Assembly: GCA_947594925.1 (NCBI GenBank)
Contig: CANQEJ010000001.1
Coordinates: forward strand, 7,837-71,836
Origin: an uncultured Bacilli bacterium
GTDB lineage: Bacteria; Bacillota_I; Bacilli_A; RF39; UBA660
Reading direction: 5' to 3'
Length of the DNA: 64,000 bases
Shown piece after piece: positions 1 through 9,534 of the stretch. The notes beneath the pieces are model-generated. The model saw only the letters and a program-made list of their open reading frames with translations. It searched no databases and was not told the origin of the DNA. How positions within the stretch are numbered: position 1 is the stretch's first letter; each line of letters begins with the position of its first letter. Made by a program: the position numbers and the translations under genes.

Positions 1-1
1 A

Positions 2-169
2 CCAATGCTGGAAATGTCTTATGGTCGACCTAATGAAATGTATTCGATGCTAGGAATAGAACTATTACAAAGAGAAATCGAACATTATAAAAAAGTCATT
101 AATTATGAAGCGATTTGCCAAGAAATAGAAGATGATATGAATAGATTGATATTTAAAAAGGATAAATGA
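2..169 (+). CDS. 3' end (55 codons) of an unidentified upstream gene, truncated by the window edge
   Basis: Open frame from position 2 to the TGA at 167-169 with no internal stop; no family recognised. Confidence 0.3.
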   Translation, partial: PMLEMSYGRPNEMYSMLGIELLQREIEHYKKVINYEAICQEIEDDMNRLIFKKDK

Positions 170-212
170 ACTTTTGTTTATCCTTTTTATATTATAAAAA
201 TTAACATTTTCA

Positions 213-1067
213 CTAACTTATAACTAATTCCTTTTGCAATAATTCAATAACTAAATTAATTGCACTCATTATTTCTTCATAATCAATATTAGATATATAA
301 TTCCTTTTATTTTGATAATTTTTAAAGTTTAACTTTAACTTATCACTCTTTTTTATCTTACTAAAAGTATATACGATTTTATCTAAATCAAAATCTACTT
401 TTCTCCTTTCAAAAGTGTTTTTTATCGCTTTTACTAAAACCTTTCTATCAATGTTATCATAATATCTAGTTAACAAAATATATAAATCATAAAAATCTTT
501 TGTTCTTGTATTCATAACATTATTTGAAATAAATGTTTCAAACTTTTCTGCAATAATAGTTTCAATATTAAAAGCCATAATGCTAATATAAGTTTCATCA
601 AACATACATTTATATCTATATTCTAATTCTCTTGGAGTAATTGGGTCACCTGCTGTTATATCAATGGATAATGGCACTTGTAAATGTTCTTTGTATCCTA
701 TTAAACTAACTCTAATTCCTCCATACTTATCATTTAATCTTATTTCACTTGATTTCTTTAAAATATAACTTATTCCATCTTTACAATCTACATTAATTAT
801 CTCATTTATAACTTTCTCTAGCTTCTTTGCGTCAAGCGGAATTCCTTTTATCATAGTATCCATATCTTGTGTAGTTCTACGATTATCACCAAATATTGCA
901 GATAATAACAATCCTCCTTTTAATATAAAATTGTATTTGTATGCACTTATTGATATTCTATATAAAAGTCTTTCAAAAAAATACATTTGCATAATATCTT
1001 GAGGCTCTAAATTATTTTCATGGGCTTTAGTCTTTACTTTAATTTTCAAATCTTCAGCATCAATCAC
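213..1067 (-). CDS. abiEii: AbiEii/AbiGii-family nucleotidyltransferase toxin (type IV TA / abortive infection)
   Basis: 284 aa; its start overlaps the upstream partner's stop (ATGA at 1067); the sequence resembles DUF1814 nucleotidyltransferase toxins. Confidence 0.75.
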   Translation of the reverse strand: MIDAEDLKIKVKTKAHENNLEPQDIMQMYFFERLLYRISISAYKYNFILKGGLLLSAIFGDNRRTTQDMDTMIKGIPLDAKKLEKVINEIINVDCKDGISYILKKSSEIRLNDKYGGIRVSLIGYKEHLQVPLSIDITAGDPITPRELEYRYKCMFDETYISIMAFNIETIIAEKFETFISNNVMNTRTKDFYDLYILLTRYYDNIDRKVLVKAIKNTFERRKVDFDLDKIVYTFSKIKKSDKLKLNFKNYQNKRNYISNIDYEEIMSAINLVIELLQKELVIS

Positions 1068-1660
1068 TATATTAGCACCTCCAGATATTTATTGATATCA
1101 TCTAGAATATTAAATTTTTTTGCATAATCAAGAAGTAAAGGAAGATTTCTTTTATTTTTATCCTTTAAATATTCTGTTATAGCATATTTAGTTATTTCTA
1201 TATCTTGATTATCCCTATTCCTAAGTAAATCACACATACATCTTTCTGCATTATAACATTTTATAAATTGTCCTTGAGGACTTTTAATTTCAATTATACC
1301 TAAATCAAATAATTCTTTTTTTACAAAATGTAGTTTAACTTTTTTTGCTTTCCTTAAACTTCCATTATATCCTCTATTTACTGTAACATGATATTCACGT
1401 GGAACTGACTGGCAAAGATCTAAAAAATATAAAGATGTTTCATAAGAAAAAACTGCATTATTTCCATAAATTAAATTAAAATATTCATCACCCCAAGTAG
1501 AAGGTAAAACATATAAACCTTTTTTTACTCTTTCTAGTTTTTTATTAGTAACTAATCTTGTCAAAAAAATCTTATTTATATTTTTACTTACTACTTCTTT
1601 TGTAGTGATAATTCCATTATTTTTTTTAGCCAAATTTAATATAATGTCTTCTTTTTTCAT
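1067..1660 (-). CDS. abiEi: AbiEi-family antitoxin / transcriptional regulator
   Basis: 197 aa; the N-terminus (IILNLAKKNNGIITTKEV...KGLYVLP) is winged-HTH-like; it sits immediately upstream of and translationally coupled to the AbiEii gene. Confidence 0.7.
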   Translation of the reverse strand: MKKEDIILNLAKKNNGIITTKEVVSKNINKIFLTRLVTNKKLERVKKGLYVLPSTWGDEYFNLIYGNNAVFSYETSLYFLDLCQSVPREYHVTVNRGYNGSLRKAKKVKLHFVKKELFDLGIIEIKSPQGQFIKCYNAERCMCDLLRNRDNQDIEITKYAITEYLKDKNKRNLPLLLDYAKKFNILDDINKYLEVLI

Positions 1661-1737
1661 ATTCTTTGTTCCTTTCTACATACAATTATATCATATATGT
1701 ATGTTAAAAGGAACATGTATTTTTATTTTTCATAAAA

Positions 1738-1768
1738 AAATGTTAACTTACTTTGTTCGTTAACATTT
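1738..1768. promoter_or_regulatory. Inverted repeat TGTTAAC-N11-GTTAACA in the abiEi upstream region, also downstream of secA
   Basis: Arms read at 1741-1747 and 1759-1765; each arm lies within the 8 bp palindrome TGTTAACA; candidate autoregulatory operator or shared terminator. Confidence 0.3.
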
Positions 1769-1781
1769 ACTTTAATTTTAA

Positions 1782-4268
1782 CTATTTACCACAACAGTTC
1801 TTATATTTCTTGTCACTTCCACAAGGACATGGTTCGTTTCTTCCTACTTTTTTTACTTTCTTAGGAGTAGCTTTGGCTTTTGTTTTTCCATCATTAGCTA
1901 ACATTTTTTCTGGTTGTTTTCTTTCTGTATTTTGTCTTACTTCAGCGTTCATCATATAGATAGCAATCTTAGCATCAATGTTATCAAGCATACGGTCAAA
2001 AATTTCATAACCTTCCATTGCATAAGCTTGTAATGGATTAGTTTGACCATAACCACGAAGACCAATAGCTTCTCTTAAGTGTTCCATTGAACTAATATGT
2101 TCAATCCAAGCATCATCAATAACACGTAAAGAAATAGCTCTTTCAAATTCATTAGATATTTCTTTTGGTAAATCTTTAATTTTATTTTCATATTCTTTAA
2201 TTACTAAATCAGATAAGTATTCAATAATTTCTTCATTAGATTTACCTTTAATATCATCAACATCAATATTATTCTTAGTTAAATTAACATTGAAATAATC
2301 TGTAATTTCAGATAAATCAGTATCTGTTAAATAACCTTCTGGTTCAATATGGGATTCGATTAAACCAGAAATATTTATCTTAAATGTTTCTAAAATACGC
2401 GCATGGATATCTTCATTATCTAATATTTCATTACGACGAGTATAGATAATATCTCTTTGTTCGTTCATAATATCATCATAATCAAGTAAATTCTTACGCA
2501 TATCGAAGTTGTTACCTTCCACTTTTTTCTGAGCAGACTCAATACTCTTAGTAAAAGTTTTAGAACGAATTGCTTGGTCATCAGTTATACCTAAACTTTG
2601 TAACATATTTTTAATTTTGTCAGTACCAAAACGACGCATTAAATCATCTTCAAATGATACAAAGAATTGGCTCATACCTGGGTCTCCTTGACGACCAGAA
2701 CGACCACGTAACTGATTATCAATACGACGAGATTCATGACGTTCTGTACCAATTACACATAGACCACCAAGTTCAACAACACCTTCGCCTAATTTAATAT
2801 CGGTTCCACGTCCAGCCATGTTAGTAGCAATAGTAATTGCTCCTTTTTGACCAGCTTTAGCAATAATCTCCGCTTCTCTTTCATGATTTTTAGCATTTAA
2901 AACTTCATGTTTTAAGCCTTCTTTTTTAAGTAAAGCGCTTAGGTGTTCATTGCTTTCAACTGAAATAGTACCAACTAGAATAGGTTGTCCTGTTTCATGA
3001 ATTTGTTTAATTGTTTTAATAATAGCTTTATATTTTCCTTTTTCATTAGAATAAACAAGGTCAGCTAAATCTTCACGAATAACTGGTTTATTAGTAGGAA
3101 TTTGAATAACATACATATTATAAATATTTCTAAATTCTTCTTCTTCTGTTTTAGCTGTACCAGTCATACCAGATAATTTATTATACATCCTAAATAAATT
3201 CTGGAAAGTAATAGTTGCTAAAGTCTTAGTTTCTTCATTAATCGTAACATGTTCTTTTGCTTCGATAGCTTGATGAAGACCATCACTAAATTGACGACCA
3301 TGCATTAAACGACCTGTAAATTGGTCAACAATAATTACTGCATCATTTTCGACAACATAATCTATATCTTTCTTAAAACCATAATTAGCTTTTAAAGCTT
3401 GATTAATATGATGAACTAAAACCGCATTATCTAAATCATATAAATTTTTAAGTCTAAAGATTTTTTCAACTTTTTCACTACCAATTTCTGATAAAGAAAC
3501 ATTTTTAGTTTTAACATCGACAACATAATCTTCTTCTTGTAGTGATTTAACAGCTCTATCCGCTTGTTCATATAAGTTTTTGGCATCAAATTTTCCACCA
3601 GAAATAATAAGTGGTGTACGTGCCTCGTCAATTAAAATAGAGTCTACTTCATCGACAATACAGAAGTTAAGTGGTCTTTGTACTCTATCTTCTTTACGAA
3701 TTACCATATTATCTCTTAAGTAGTCAAATCCTACTTCATTATTAGTAGAATATACGATATCACAATCATAAACTTCTTTTTTCTCTTTAGCTGAAAGTTC
3801 TCTTAAATTTAATCCTACTGTTAAACCTAAAAATCTAAATATTTCACCCATCCACTCTGAGTCACGTTTTGCTAAGAATTCGTTAACTGTGATAATATGA
3901 ACACCTTTACCAGTTAAGGCATTTAAATAAGCAGGCATTGTTTCTGTTAATGTCTTACCTTCACCAGTTTTCATCTCCGCAATATTACCAAAATGAATAG
4001 CTAGACCACCAATAATTTGAACATAGTAAGGTTTCTCCCCAATTAATCTAAATGCCGCTTCTCTTACGGTAGCAAAAGCTTCCACAATTAAATCATCAAG
4101 TTCAGCACCCTTATCTAATTTCTTTTTAAATTCTGCTGTCTTAGCCTTTAACTTATCATCACTTAATTTAGAATATTCATCTTCTAAAGCTACTACTTTA
4201 TCAGCAATGGCTTCAAACCTTTTTAATTCTTTGTATTCTGAGTCAATTAATTTTCTAAAAAATCCCAT
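1782..4268 (-). CDS. secA: Preprotein translocase ATPase SecA
   Basis: C-terminal zinc-finger tail CPCGSDKKYKNCCGK; DEAD-like motor motifs; start placed at MGFFRKL (ATG 4266-4268) behind a GGAGGA ribosome-binding site. Confidence 0.95.
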   Translation of the reverse strand: MGFFRKLIDSEYKELKRFEAIADKVVALEDEYSKLSDDKLKAKTAEFKKKLDKGAELDDLIVEAFATVREAAFRLIGEKPYYVQIIGGLAIHFGNIAEMKTGEGKTLTETMPAYLNALTGKGVHIITVNEFLAKRDSEWMGEIFRFLGLTVGLNLRELSAKEKKEVYDCDIVYSTNNEVGFDYLRDNMVIRKEDRVQRPLNFCIVDEVDSILIDEARTPLIISGGKFDAKNLYEQADRAVKSLQEEDYVVDVKTKNVSLSEIGSEKVEKIFRLKNLYDLDNAVLVHHINQALKANYGFKKDIDYVVENDAVIIVDQFTGRLMHGRQFSDGLHQAIEAKEHVTINEETKTLATITFQNLFRMYNKLSGMTGTAKTEEEEFRNIYNMYVIQIPTNKPVIREDLADLVYSNEKGKYKAIIKTIKQIHETGQPILVGTISVESNEHLSALLKKEGLKHEVLNAKNHEREAEIIAKAGQKGAITIATNMAGRGTDIKLGEGVVELGGLCVIGTERHESRRIDNQLRGRSGRQGDPGMSQFFVSFEDDLMRRFGTDKIKNMLQSLGITDDQAIRSKTFTKSIESAQKKVEGNNFDMRKNLLDYDDIMNEQRDIIYTRRNEILDNEDIHARILETFKINISGLIESHIEPEGYLTDTDLSEITDYFNVNLTKNNIDVDDIKGKSNEEIIEYLSDLVIKEYENKIKDLPKEISNEFERAISLRVIDDAWIEHISSMEHLREAIGLRGYGQTNPLQAYAMEGYEIFDRMLDNIDAKIAIYMMNAEVRQNTERKQPEKMLANDGKTKAKATPKKVKKVGRNEPCPCGSDKKYKNCCGK

Positions 4269-4320
4269 AATGCACTCCTCCATCTAGTATTCTATCATAA
4301 ACAAAAAGAGTTTTCACTCT

Positions 4321-4851
4321 TTATTTCATATTTATTAGACCATAATGGCCATCTTTTCTTCTATAAACAACAGAAACACACTCTTCTTTGATGTTTTTGA
4401 AAGCAAAAAAGTCATGATTTATAAGTTCCATTTGTAAAATTGCTTCCTCTTCATCCATTGGTTTTGATTCCACATTTTTTCTTTTAACAATCTTTTCTTC
4501 ATTTTCTTTTTCATTACTTTCATAATTAAATACGAAATCAACAGTATCTAAATTTTTATATTTATTATTAAGTCTTGTTTTATTTTTTCTAATTTGTCTT
4601 TCCAACTTATCTATTACTAAATCAGTTGCAGCATATAAATCTTTGTGAGATTCTTCAGCTCTTAAAGTAAAGCGATGGGTTGGAACAGTAACTTCAATTA
4701 TCTGCTCTAAACCTTTAACACGTACCTTAACCATAGCTTCTAATTCATCACTATTTTCAAAATAACGATTAAGTCGTTCTAATTTACTTTCTATATATTC
4801 TTTAATAGCAGGTGTTATTTCAACCTTCTCTCCACGGATATTAAGTTTCAT
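4321..4851 (-). CDS. hpf: Ribosome hibernation promoting factor, long form
   Basis: 176 aa; begins MKLNIRGEKVEITPAIKEYIE..., typical of HPF/RaiA. Confidence 0.9.
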   Translation of the reverse strand: MKLNIRGEKVEITPAIKEYIESKLERLNRYFENSDELEAMVKVRVKGLEQIIEVTVPTHRFTLRAEESHKDLYAATDLVIDKLERQIRKNKTRLNNKYKNLDTVDFVFNYESNEKENEEKIVKRKNVESKPMDEEEAILQMELINHDFFAFKNIKEECVSVVYRRKDGHYGLINMK

Positions 4852-4902
4852 TAATATACCACCTTTCTACTAAATTATATCATTAGTTTAAAAAAAAAAC
4901 TA

Positions 4903-5115
4903 CTAAATAGTAGTTAATTGTACTTCGGTTACCTCTTGTGCTTGTAACCCTTTTGAAGTTTCAATAAGCTTAAAGTCAACGATGTCACCTTCTTTTAAAG
5001 TCTTATAGCCATCTTTAACAATTGCAGAGTAATGCACAAAAATATCTTCTAAATCATTATATTTAATGAATCCAAAGCCTTTTTCAGCATTAAACCATTT
5101 GACTTTTCCTCTCAT
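4903..5115 (-). CDS. csp: Cold-shock protein (CspA family)
   Basis: MRGKVKWFNAEKGFGFI motif; start moved to the ATG at 5113-5115, which is preceded by a GAGGTG ribosome-binding site. Confidence 0.9.
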   Translation of the reverse strand: MRGKVKWFNAEKGFGFIKYNDLEDIFVHYSAIVKDGYKTLKEGDIVDFKLIETSKGLQAQEVTEVQLTTI

Positions 5116-5272
5116 TACTATCACACCTCACCTTCCACAATTAAACTTCTACTACTAATAATAATCACTCCTGCAATAGAATTCAACAAAAATCGGTCGA
5201 CAAAATTCGGCATTTCTATTGTAACAGCGACATGTAGAATTTTATCAAAGTTCTACTATCATGACATAAAAT

Positions 5273-5323
5273 ATGTCTAAAAATATCGTTTTAATGTCTA
5301 AAATGTATTTTCTGCCATATAAT
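5273..5323 (+). promoter_or_regulatory. LytTR-type binding site (two 10 bp direct repeats ATGTCTAAAA with a 21 bp period) plus a TATAAT -10 box upstream of agrB
   Basis: Repeats at 5273-5282 and 5294-5303; TATAAT at 5318-5323. Confidence 0.5.
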
Positions 5324-5428
5324 ACGATAATAAGCTATATTTAAATCGAAATTTTCACTTTTTAAAACAACCGATAAACTTTTAAAAAAATTTTCTGCTA
5401 AAATTAAATTGTAATAGGTAGTGATAAG

Positions 5429-6031
5429 ATGAAAAAGAAATTTCTAGATTATGCCATGCAACAAATACAAACTAATAATACATATGACGAAATAAAATTA
5501 GAAGAATTAAGATATGGACTTGAAACATTTTATATGTTAGTAACTAAATTATTAGTTTCAATTTTAATTGCTATTATTTTAGGAATTTTTAAAGAATTTG
5601 TGCTTTTTCTAATATTCTACACTCCCTTGCGTAGTTTAGGATTTGGCTTTCATGCAAAAAATAGTTTAGAGTGTTGGATCATAAGCATACCTTTATTTAT
5701 ATTAATTCCATTAGGAATAAAATATTTAAATTTTAACCTGTTATTAATTCAAATATGTTTAATTTTAAGTACTATTTCATTTTTGTTTTTTGCTCCCGCA
5801 GACACGAAGAATAAACCACTAATTAATAGCAAAAAAAGATTACTAAATAAAAGTATTTTAGTAATCGTCAGTATTATATATTTAATAATTACTATTTTTA
5901 TTAAACAAAATTTAGTCTTAAATGCTATCTTTTTTGCAAGTATTTGGCAAGCAATATGTGTAAATCCTTTGACGTACAAATTATTTGGTCAGCCTTTTAA
6001 TAATTATAAAACTTATTTAACAGAGGTTTAA
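5429..6031 (+). CDS. agrB: AgrB-family membrane peptidase that processes the AgrD propeptide
   Basis: Polytopic membrane protein; the catalytic pair is conserved in FHAKNSLECW (His then Cys seven residues later, as in S. aureus HAPSSFWC); FAPADTKNKP matches AgrB YAPAATKKKP. Confidence 0.85.
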   Translation: MKKKFLDYAMQQIQTNNTYDEIKLEELRYGLETFYMLVTKLLVSILIAIILGIFKEFVLFLIFYTPLRSLGFGFHAKNSLECWIISIPLFILIPLGIKYLNFNLLLIQICLILSTISFLFFAPADTKNKPLINSKKRLLNKSILVIVSIIYLIITIFIKQNLVLNAIFFASIWQAICVNPLTYKLFGQPFNNYKTYLTEV

Positions 6032-6081
6032 ATATATTAATATAAATTTAAACAAAATTTTTAAAAAGGAGGTATAGTTAC

Positions 6082-6195
6082 ATGTTTTCAAGTATTTTAG
6101 CCAGTATTGGTGAACTTTTCTCAAAAAGTGCCACTAGCTTTAGTTGGTTTTGGTATCATGATGAAACTAAATGTCCAAAATCTTTAATTAAATAA
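6082..6195 (+). CDS. agrD: AgrD-like autoinducing-peptide precursor (37 aa); absent from the supplied ORF track
   Basis: ATG at 6082 lies 10 nt after the ribosome-binding site AAAGGAGG; sequence MFSSILASIGELFSKSATSFSWFWYHDETKCPKSLIK has an amphipathic leader, an aromatic core and a charged PKSL tail; it sits directly after agrB. Confidence 0.65.
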   Translation: MFSSILASIGELFSKSATSFSWFWYHDETKCPKSLIK

Positions 6196-7467
6196 TTACG
6201 AAGAAATAATTAGTTTAATTGTTACAATAAATAAATTACTAATTATTTCTTTTTTTGTTTTTATATTATTATCAGATATTTTATTAATGTAATCTAGTCC
6301 TATTCCACTTTTAATCTTCTTTGTAGAATATTGCTTAGTACCTATTTTATTTATATCTAAGGTATCATTAAATGTATTAATTATCTTAATATCTATATCC
6401 TTTCCGTTTTGAACTATATTAATAAATAAACATTTTTCTTTAGTTTTTAAAGTGGCTTCAATCGCATTATCTAATGAGATGCCAACTATATCACATAACT
6501 TTGAATACAATTTCTTGTTAATTTTATTAAATGTATCAAAATTAACTGTACTTTTTATATCAAAATTAATATTTTTATTATTAATTGTATTCATTTTATA
6601 AAAAATTAAACCTTGCAAACCCTTTGGAATATTAGTCATTTTGATAACAATATTGTATTCAGAATTATACTTTTTCAGTTTTTCTTCAATTAATTCTCTA
6701 ACATCAGAATCAACATAAGTTTTAATTGCTGCCAAGTCATTATTTAAATTATGTCTAAGAGTACTATAATCTTCAGCAATTTGTTCATAAGCCTTTATAT
6801 TCTTTAATAATACTTCATTTTCCATTGATATTCTTTGTTTTTTCAAAAACATATTTAAAATAATTAAAATCATCGCCATTATCGAGATAATAGAAACTAT
6901 AATAACAAAAAATATTTTATAATCTTTATAATTTTCTCCATACACTATTGTAAACAAATTAATTATGATAATTACTATTCCAAATAACATTTCGATATTT
7001 AATCTATCTTTAATTTTATTATTGATTTTAAAAATAACATTATGCAAAAGTAACACTAACAAATATAAAACACTCGCAAATATAATTGTAATTATTGTTT
7101 TATACCAATAATTATCATTTACTATAGTTATATTAGAAGAAATTAATGATAATAATCCCGCAAAGACGAACTCTACAAATATAGAAACAACTGAAATCAT
7201 AAGTGTTATCAATATAGTATCAGATATTTCCTTTTTATAAATAATTTTAAACTCTATAATTATTAAAGATAAAGTACAGAAGATTCTAAAAAAATTATTA
7301 AAATATAAATTTGTAAACATACTGATAGTAGATAATATTAGGATTAATAAAAAATTTGTAATTTTTTTATTATTTGACACACTAGACGTGCATTTTTTAA
7401 AACATAATGTATGAATTATATAAGAATAAATTTCGCTCATGTATCCTAGAATTAATTCAATAGTCAT
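6196..7467 (-). CDS. agrC: AgrC-like sensor histidine kinase (polytopic N-terminus, C-terminal GHKL ATPase domain)
   Basis: About six transmembrane segments, then a His-kinase core with G-box (GIGLDYINKIS); its stop overlaps the start of the upstream LytTR regulator. Confidence 0.7.
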   Translation of the reverse strand: MTIELILGYMSEIYSYIIHTLCFKKCTSSVSNNKKITNFLLILILSTISMFTNLYFNNFFRIFCTLSLIIIEFKIIYKKEISDTILITLMISVVSIFVEFVFAGLLSLISSNITIVNDNYWYKTIITIIFASVLYLLVLLLHNVIFKINNKIKDRLNIEMLFGIVIIIINLFTIVYGENYKDYKIFFVIIVSIISIMAMILIILNMFLKKQRISMENEVLLKNIKAYEQIAEDYSTLRHNLNNDLAAIKTYVDSDVRELIEEKLKKYNSEYNIVIKMTNIPKGLQGLIFYKMNTINNKNINFDIKSTVNFDTFNKINKKLYSKLCDIVGISLDNAIEATLKTKEKCLFINIVQNGKDIDIKIINTFNDTLDINKIGTKQYSTKKIKSGIGLDYINKISDNNIKTKKEIISNLFIVTIKLIISS

Positions 7468-8168
7468 ACTACCTCTTCCTTATATTTTTTAGATAATAAA
7501 CTAATTTCTTCATTATTATCTAATAAAATCTTCCCGTTTTTCCAATCATATCTACTTACTCTATCTGTATTAACAATACAAGAACGATGCGTTTTCTTAA
7601 AACGACTATCTAACTCTTTTAAAACTTCACTAAATGTCATATTAATTTTAAAAACATTTTTAGTTGTCTTAATAATTAACTTTCGTTCATCTTTGTCTCG
7701 ACAAATATATAAAATATCTTTCATATAAATACGTAAATTAATTTGATTGTTTCGATATTTAAATACCTTATTATCTACTTTTTTACTTAAAATTAAATTT
7801 AAACAATCACTTAATCTTTTTTCCATATCATCAAATTTTTCAATAAACTTAAATACTTTTAAAACATTATTATAAACTTTTTGTTCATAACTTGTGTGAT
7901 TAGTTAAAAATATAATTTCACTATCCCAATCATTTTCTCTGATTTTTAAAGCAATATTAATACCCGTTATTTTACTTTTCAAACATATATCTAAAATATA
8001 AATTTTTCTTTCAGACAAATCTTCTATCTCTTTTAATAAACCATCATCACATTTATTAAAAAATAGCAATTTTATTGGTTCTTCATATTTAAATAAAAAA
8101 GGACTAATAATACTCTGAGTTTTAAGTTTTTCTTTTTCTTCATCTTCGACAACAATAATTTTTGTCAT
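7464..8168 (-). CDS. agrA: LytTR-family response regulator (AgrA-like)
   Basis: Receiver domain (MTKIIVVEDEE...) plus a C-terminal LytTR DNA-binding domain; start moved to the ATG at 8166-8168 behind an AAGGGAG ribosome-binding site. Confidence 0.8.
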   Translation of the reverse strand: MTKIIVVEDEEKEKLKTQSIISPFLFKYEEPIKLLFFNKCDDGLLKEIEDLSERKIYILDICLKSKITGINIALKIRENDWDSEIIFLTNHTSYEQKVYNNVLKVFKFIEKFDDMEKRLSDCLNLILSKKVDNKVFKYRNNQINLRIYMKDILYICRDKDERKLIIKTTKNVFKINMTFSEVLKELDSRFKKTHRSCIVNTDRVSRYDWKNGKILLDNNEEISLLSKKYKEEVV

Positions 8169-8238
8169 TAGTTCAACTCCCTTTATATTTAAATGATTAT
8201 AACACATTTTCTCTATTAGCAAAATAAAAATAATAGTT

Positions 8239-8838
8239 TTAAGCTATTATTTGGTTTAATTTTTCTATTAAATAAAAATCGCTATTATGGTAGACAAAAA
8301 CTTTGATAGGCACTTGTTCTTCTAGCTTTATTCCCAGTTGTTTTAAATCACTCGCATCTCCAATTAGAAATAATTCACTAGATTTTAAATTACTCTTAAT
8401 TAATATAACTATACTCTTTAAAAAATCATTAAAAATATGATAATCGAAAAAATAACTTTGTTCTTGCTCGGTTAAAATAGCATAATTTGCCGTTACATTT
8501 AAAGTCGGTTTTTCTAATAAAGTATTATAAGTAATAAATTTAATATGATTAAAAGATAACTTCTCTAAAATAGATGTTAATAATTCTTTATCACTTTTTA
8601 AGTAATTAGGAAATTCTAAAACGGTAATATTACGTCCCATTAAAGAATCATTAAGTTTATTCTTTTTGATTATTTTTTGCATATAACGATAAAAACTGTC
8701 AGTCTTAGCTACTCTATTATGGATAACTATATCTTTAGTTATTTCTTCTTTATATATTTGATTTTTTAAACATAAATATACATAATTATCCGTTATTATT
8801 AATCCTAAATTGTTTTTCAAAATATTCACTCCTATCAA
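8239..8838 (-). CDS. Hypothetical protein (199 aa)
   Basis: Long ORF co-oriented with the flanking genes; no family recognised. Confidence 0.5.
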   Translation of the reverse strand: MIGVNILKNNLGLIITDNYVYLCLKNQIYKEEITKDIVIHNRVAKTDSFYRYMQKIIKKNKLNDSLMGRNITVLEFPNYLKSDKELLTSILEKLSFNHIKFITYNTLLEKPTLNVTANYAILTEQEQSYFFDYHIFNDFLKSIVILIKSNLKSSELFLIGDASDLKQLGIKLEEQVPIKVFVYHNSDFYLIEKLNQIIA

Positions 8839-8845
8839 AAAAAGC

Positions 8846-9484
8846 TTATTCTGATAAAGCTTTTAAATCCATTTCATAAAATTTCTCCGGATTAATAAGT
8901 TGCCCTTTATTATAAACTTCAAACAATAAGCAATTTTTATTAGCATCATTTAATTTATTTTCCCCACTTGTAGCAATAATATCTCCTTGTTTTACTTCAT
9001 CGCCAACTTTTACTTTAATATCGCTAATACTTTGATAAGTTGTTTTAAGGTCGCTATTATGTTCAATAACTAACACGTTACCTAAAATTTCATCTTCTTT
9101 AATTTCTGCTACTTTTCCATCTAAGACTGCGACAATGTCATAAGGGTTTTCAGCTGTGTATAAAACACCAGAATTTTGCATATAAGTATTTTCATAATAT
9201 ATTAAAGATTTTTGTTGAGTTTCTTCATCTGCCTCATTTTCATAAAAGTTTTTACTTATAACAACATCTTGCGCTGTAAAAGGTTTAACTACTTTATCAT
9301 TAGTTAAATTCATAACAGGAGTTGCTTCTTCATCTAATAAAGCATTAACTACATATGAATTAATATCTTCTTTTACATAAGAATTTAAAGTCTTTCCTAT
9401 TAAGACAATACTAACAAACACTGATGTAATAGCAATTGTATAAATTGTGGGCAAAACAAATTTTTTTAACTTTCTTACTTTCAT
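8846..9484 (-). CDS. Membrane-anchored M23/LytM-domain protein with degenerate zinc ligands (SpoIIQ-like)
   Basis: N-terminal transmembrane segment; M23 fold pattern is present, but CLLFEV stands where HLHFE is expected and no HxxxD motif is seen; sits directly downstream of spoIID. Confidence 0.6.
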   Translation of the reverse strand: MKVRKLKKFVLPTIYTIAITSVFVSIVLIGKTLNSYVKEDINSYVVNALLDEEATPVMNLTNDKVVKPFTAQDVVISKNFYENEADEETQQKSLIYYENTYMQNSGVLYTAENPYDIVAVLDGKVAEIKEDEILGNVLVIEHNSDLKTTYQSISDIKVKVGDEVKQGDIIATSGENKLNDANKNCLLFEVYNKGQLINPEKFYEMDLKALSE

Positions 9485-9534
9485 GTTCTCACCTTCCTAC
9501 TTATAAGTGTGAACATTTTTTTCTATTTTATTCC

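Noticed and set aside
1753-1959. 68 aa plus-strand ORF
   Set aside because: Antisense to the secA 3' end.
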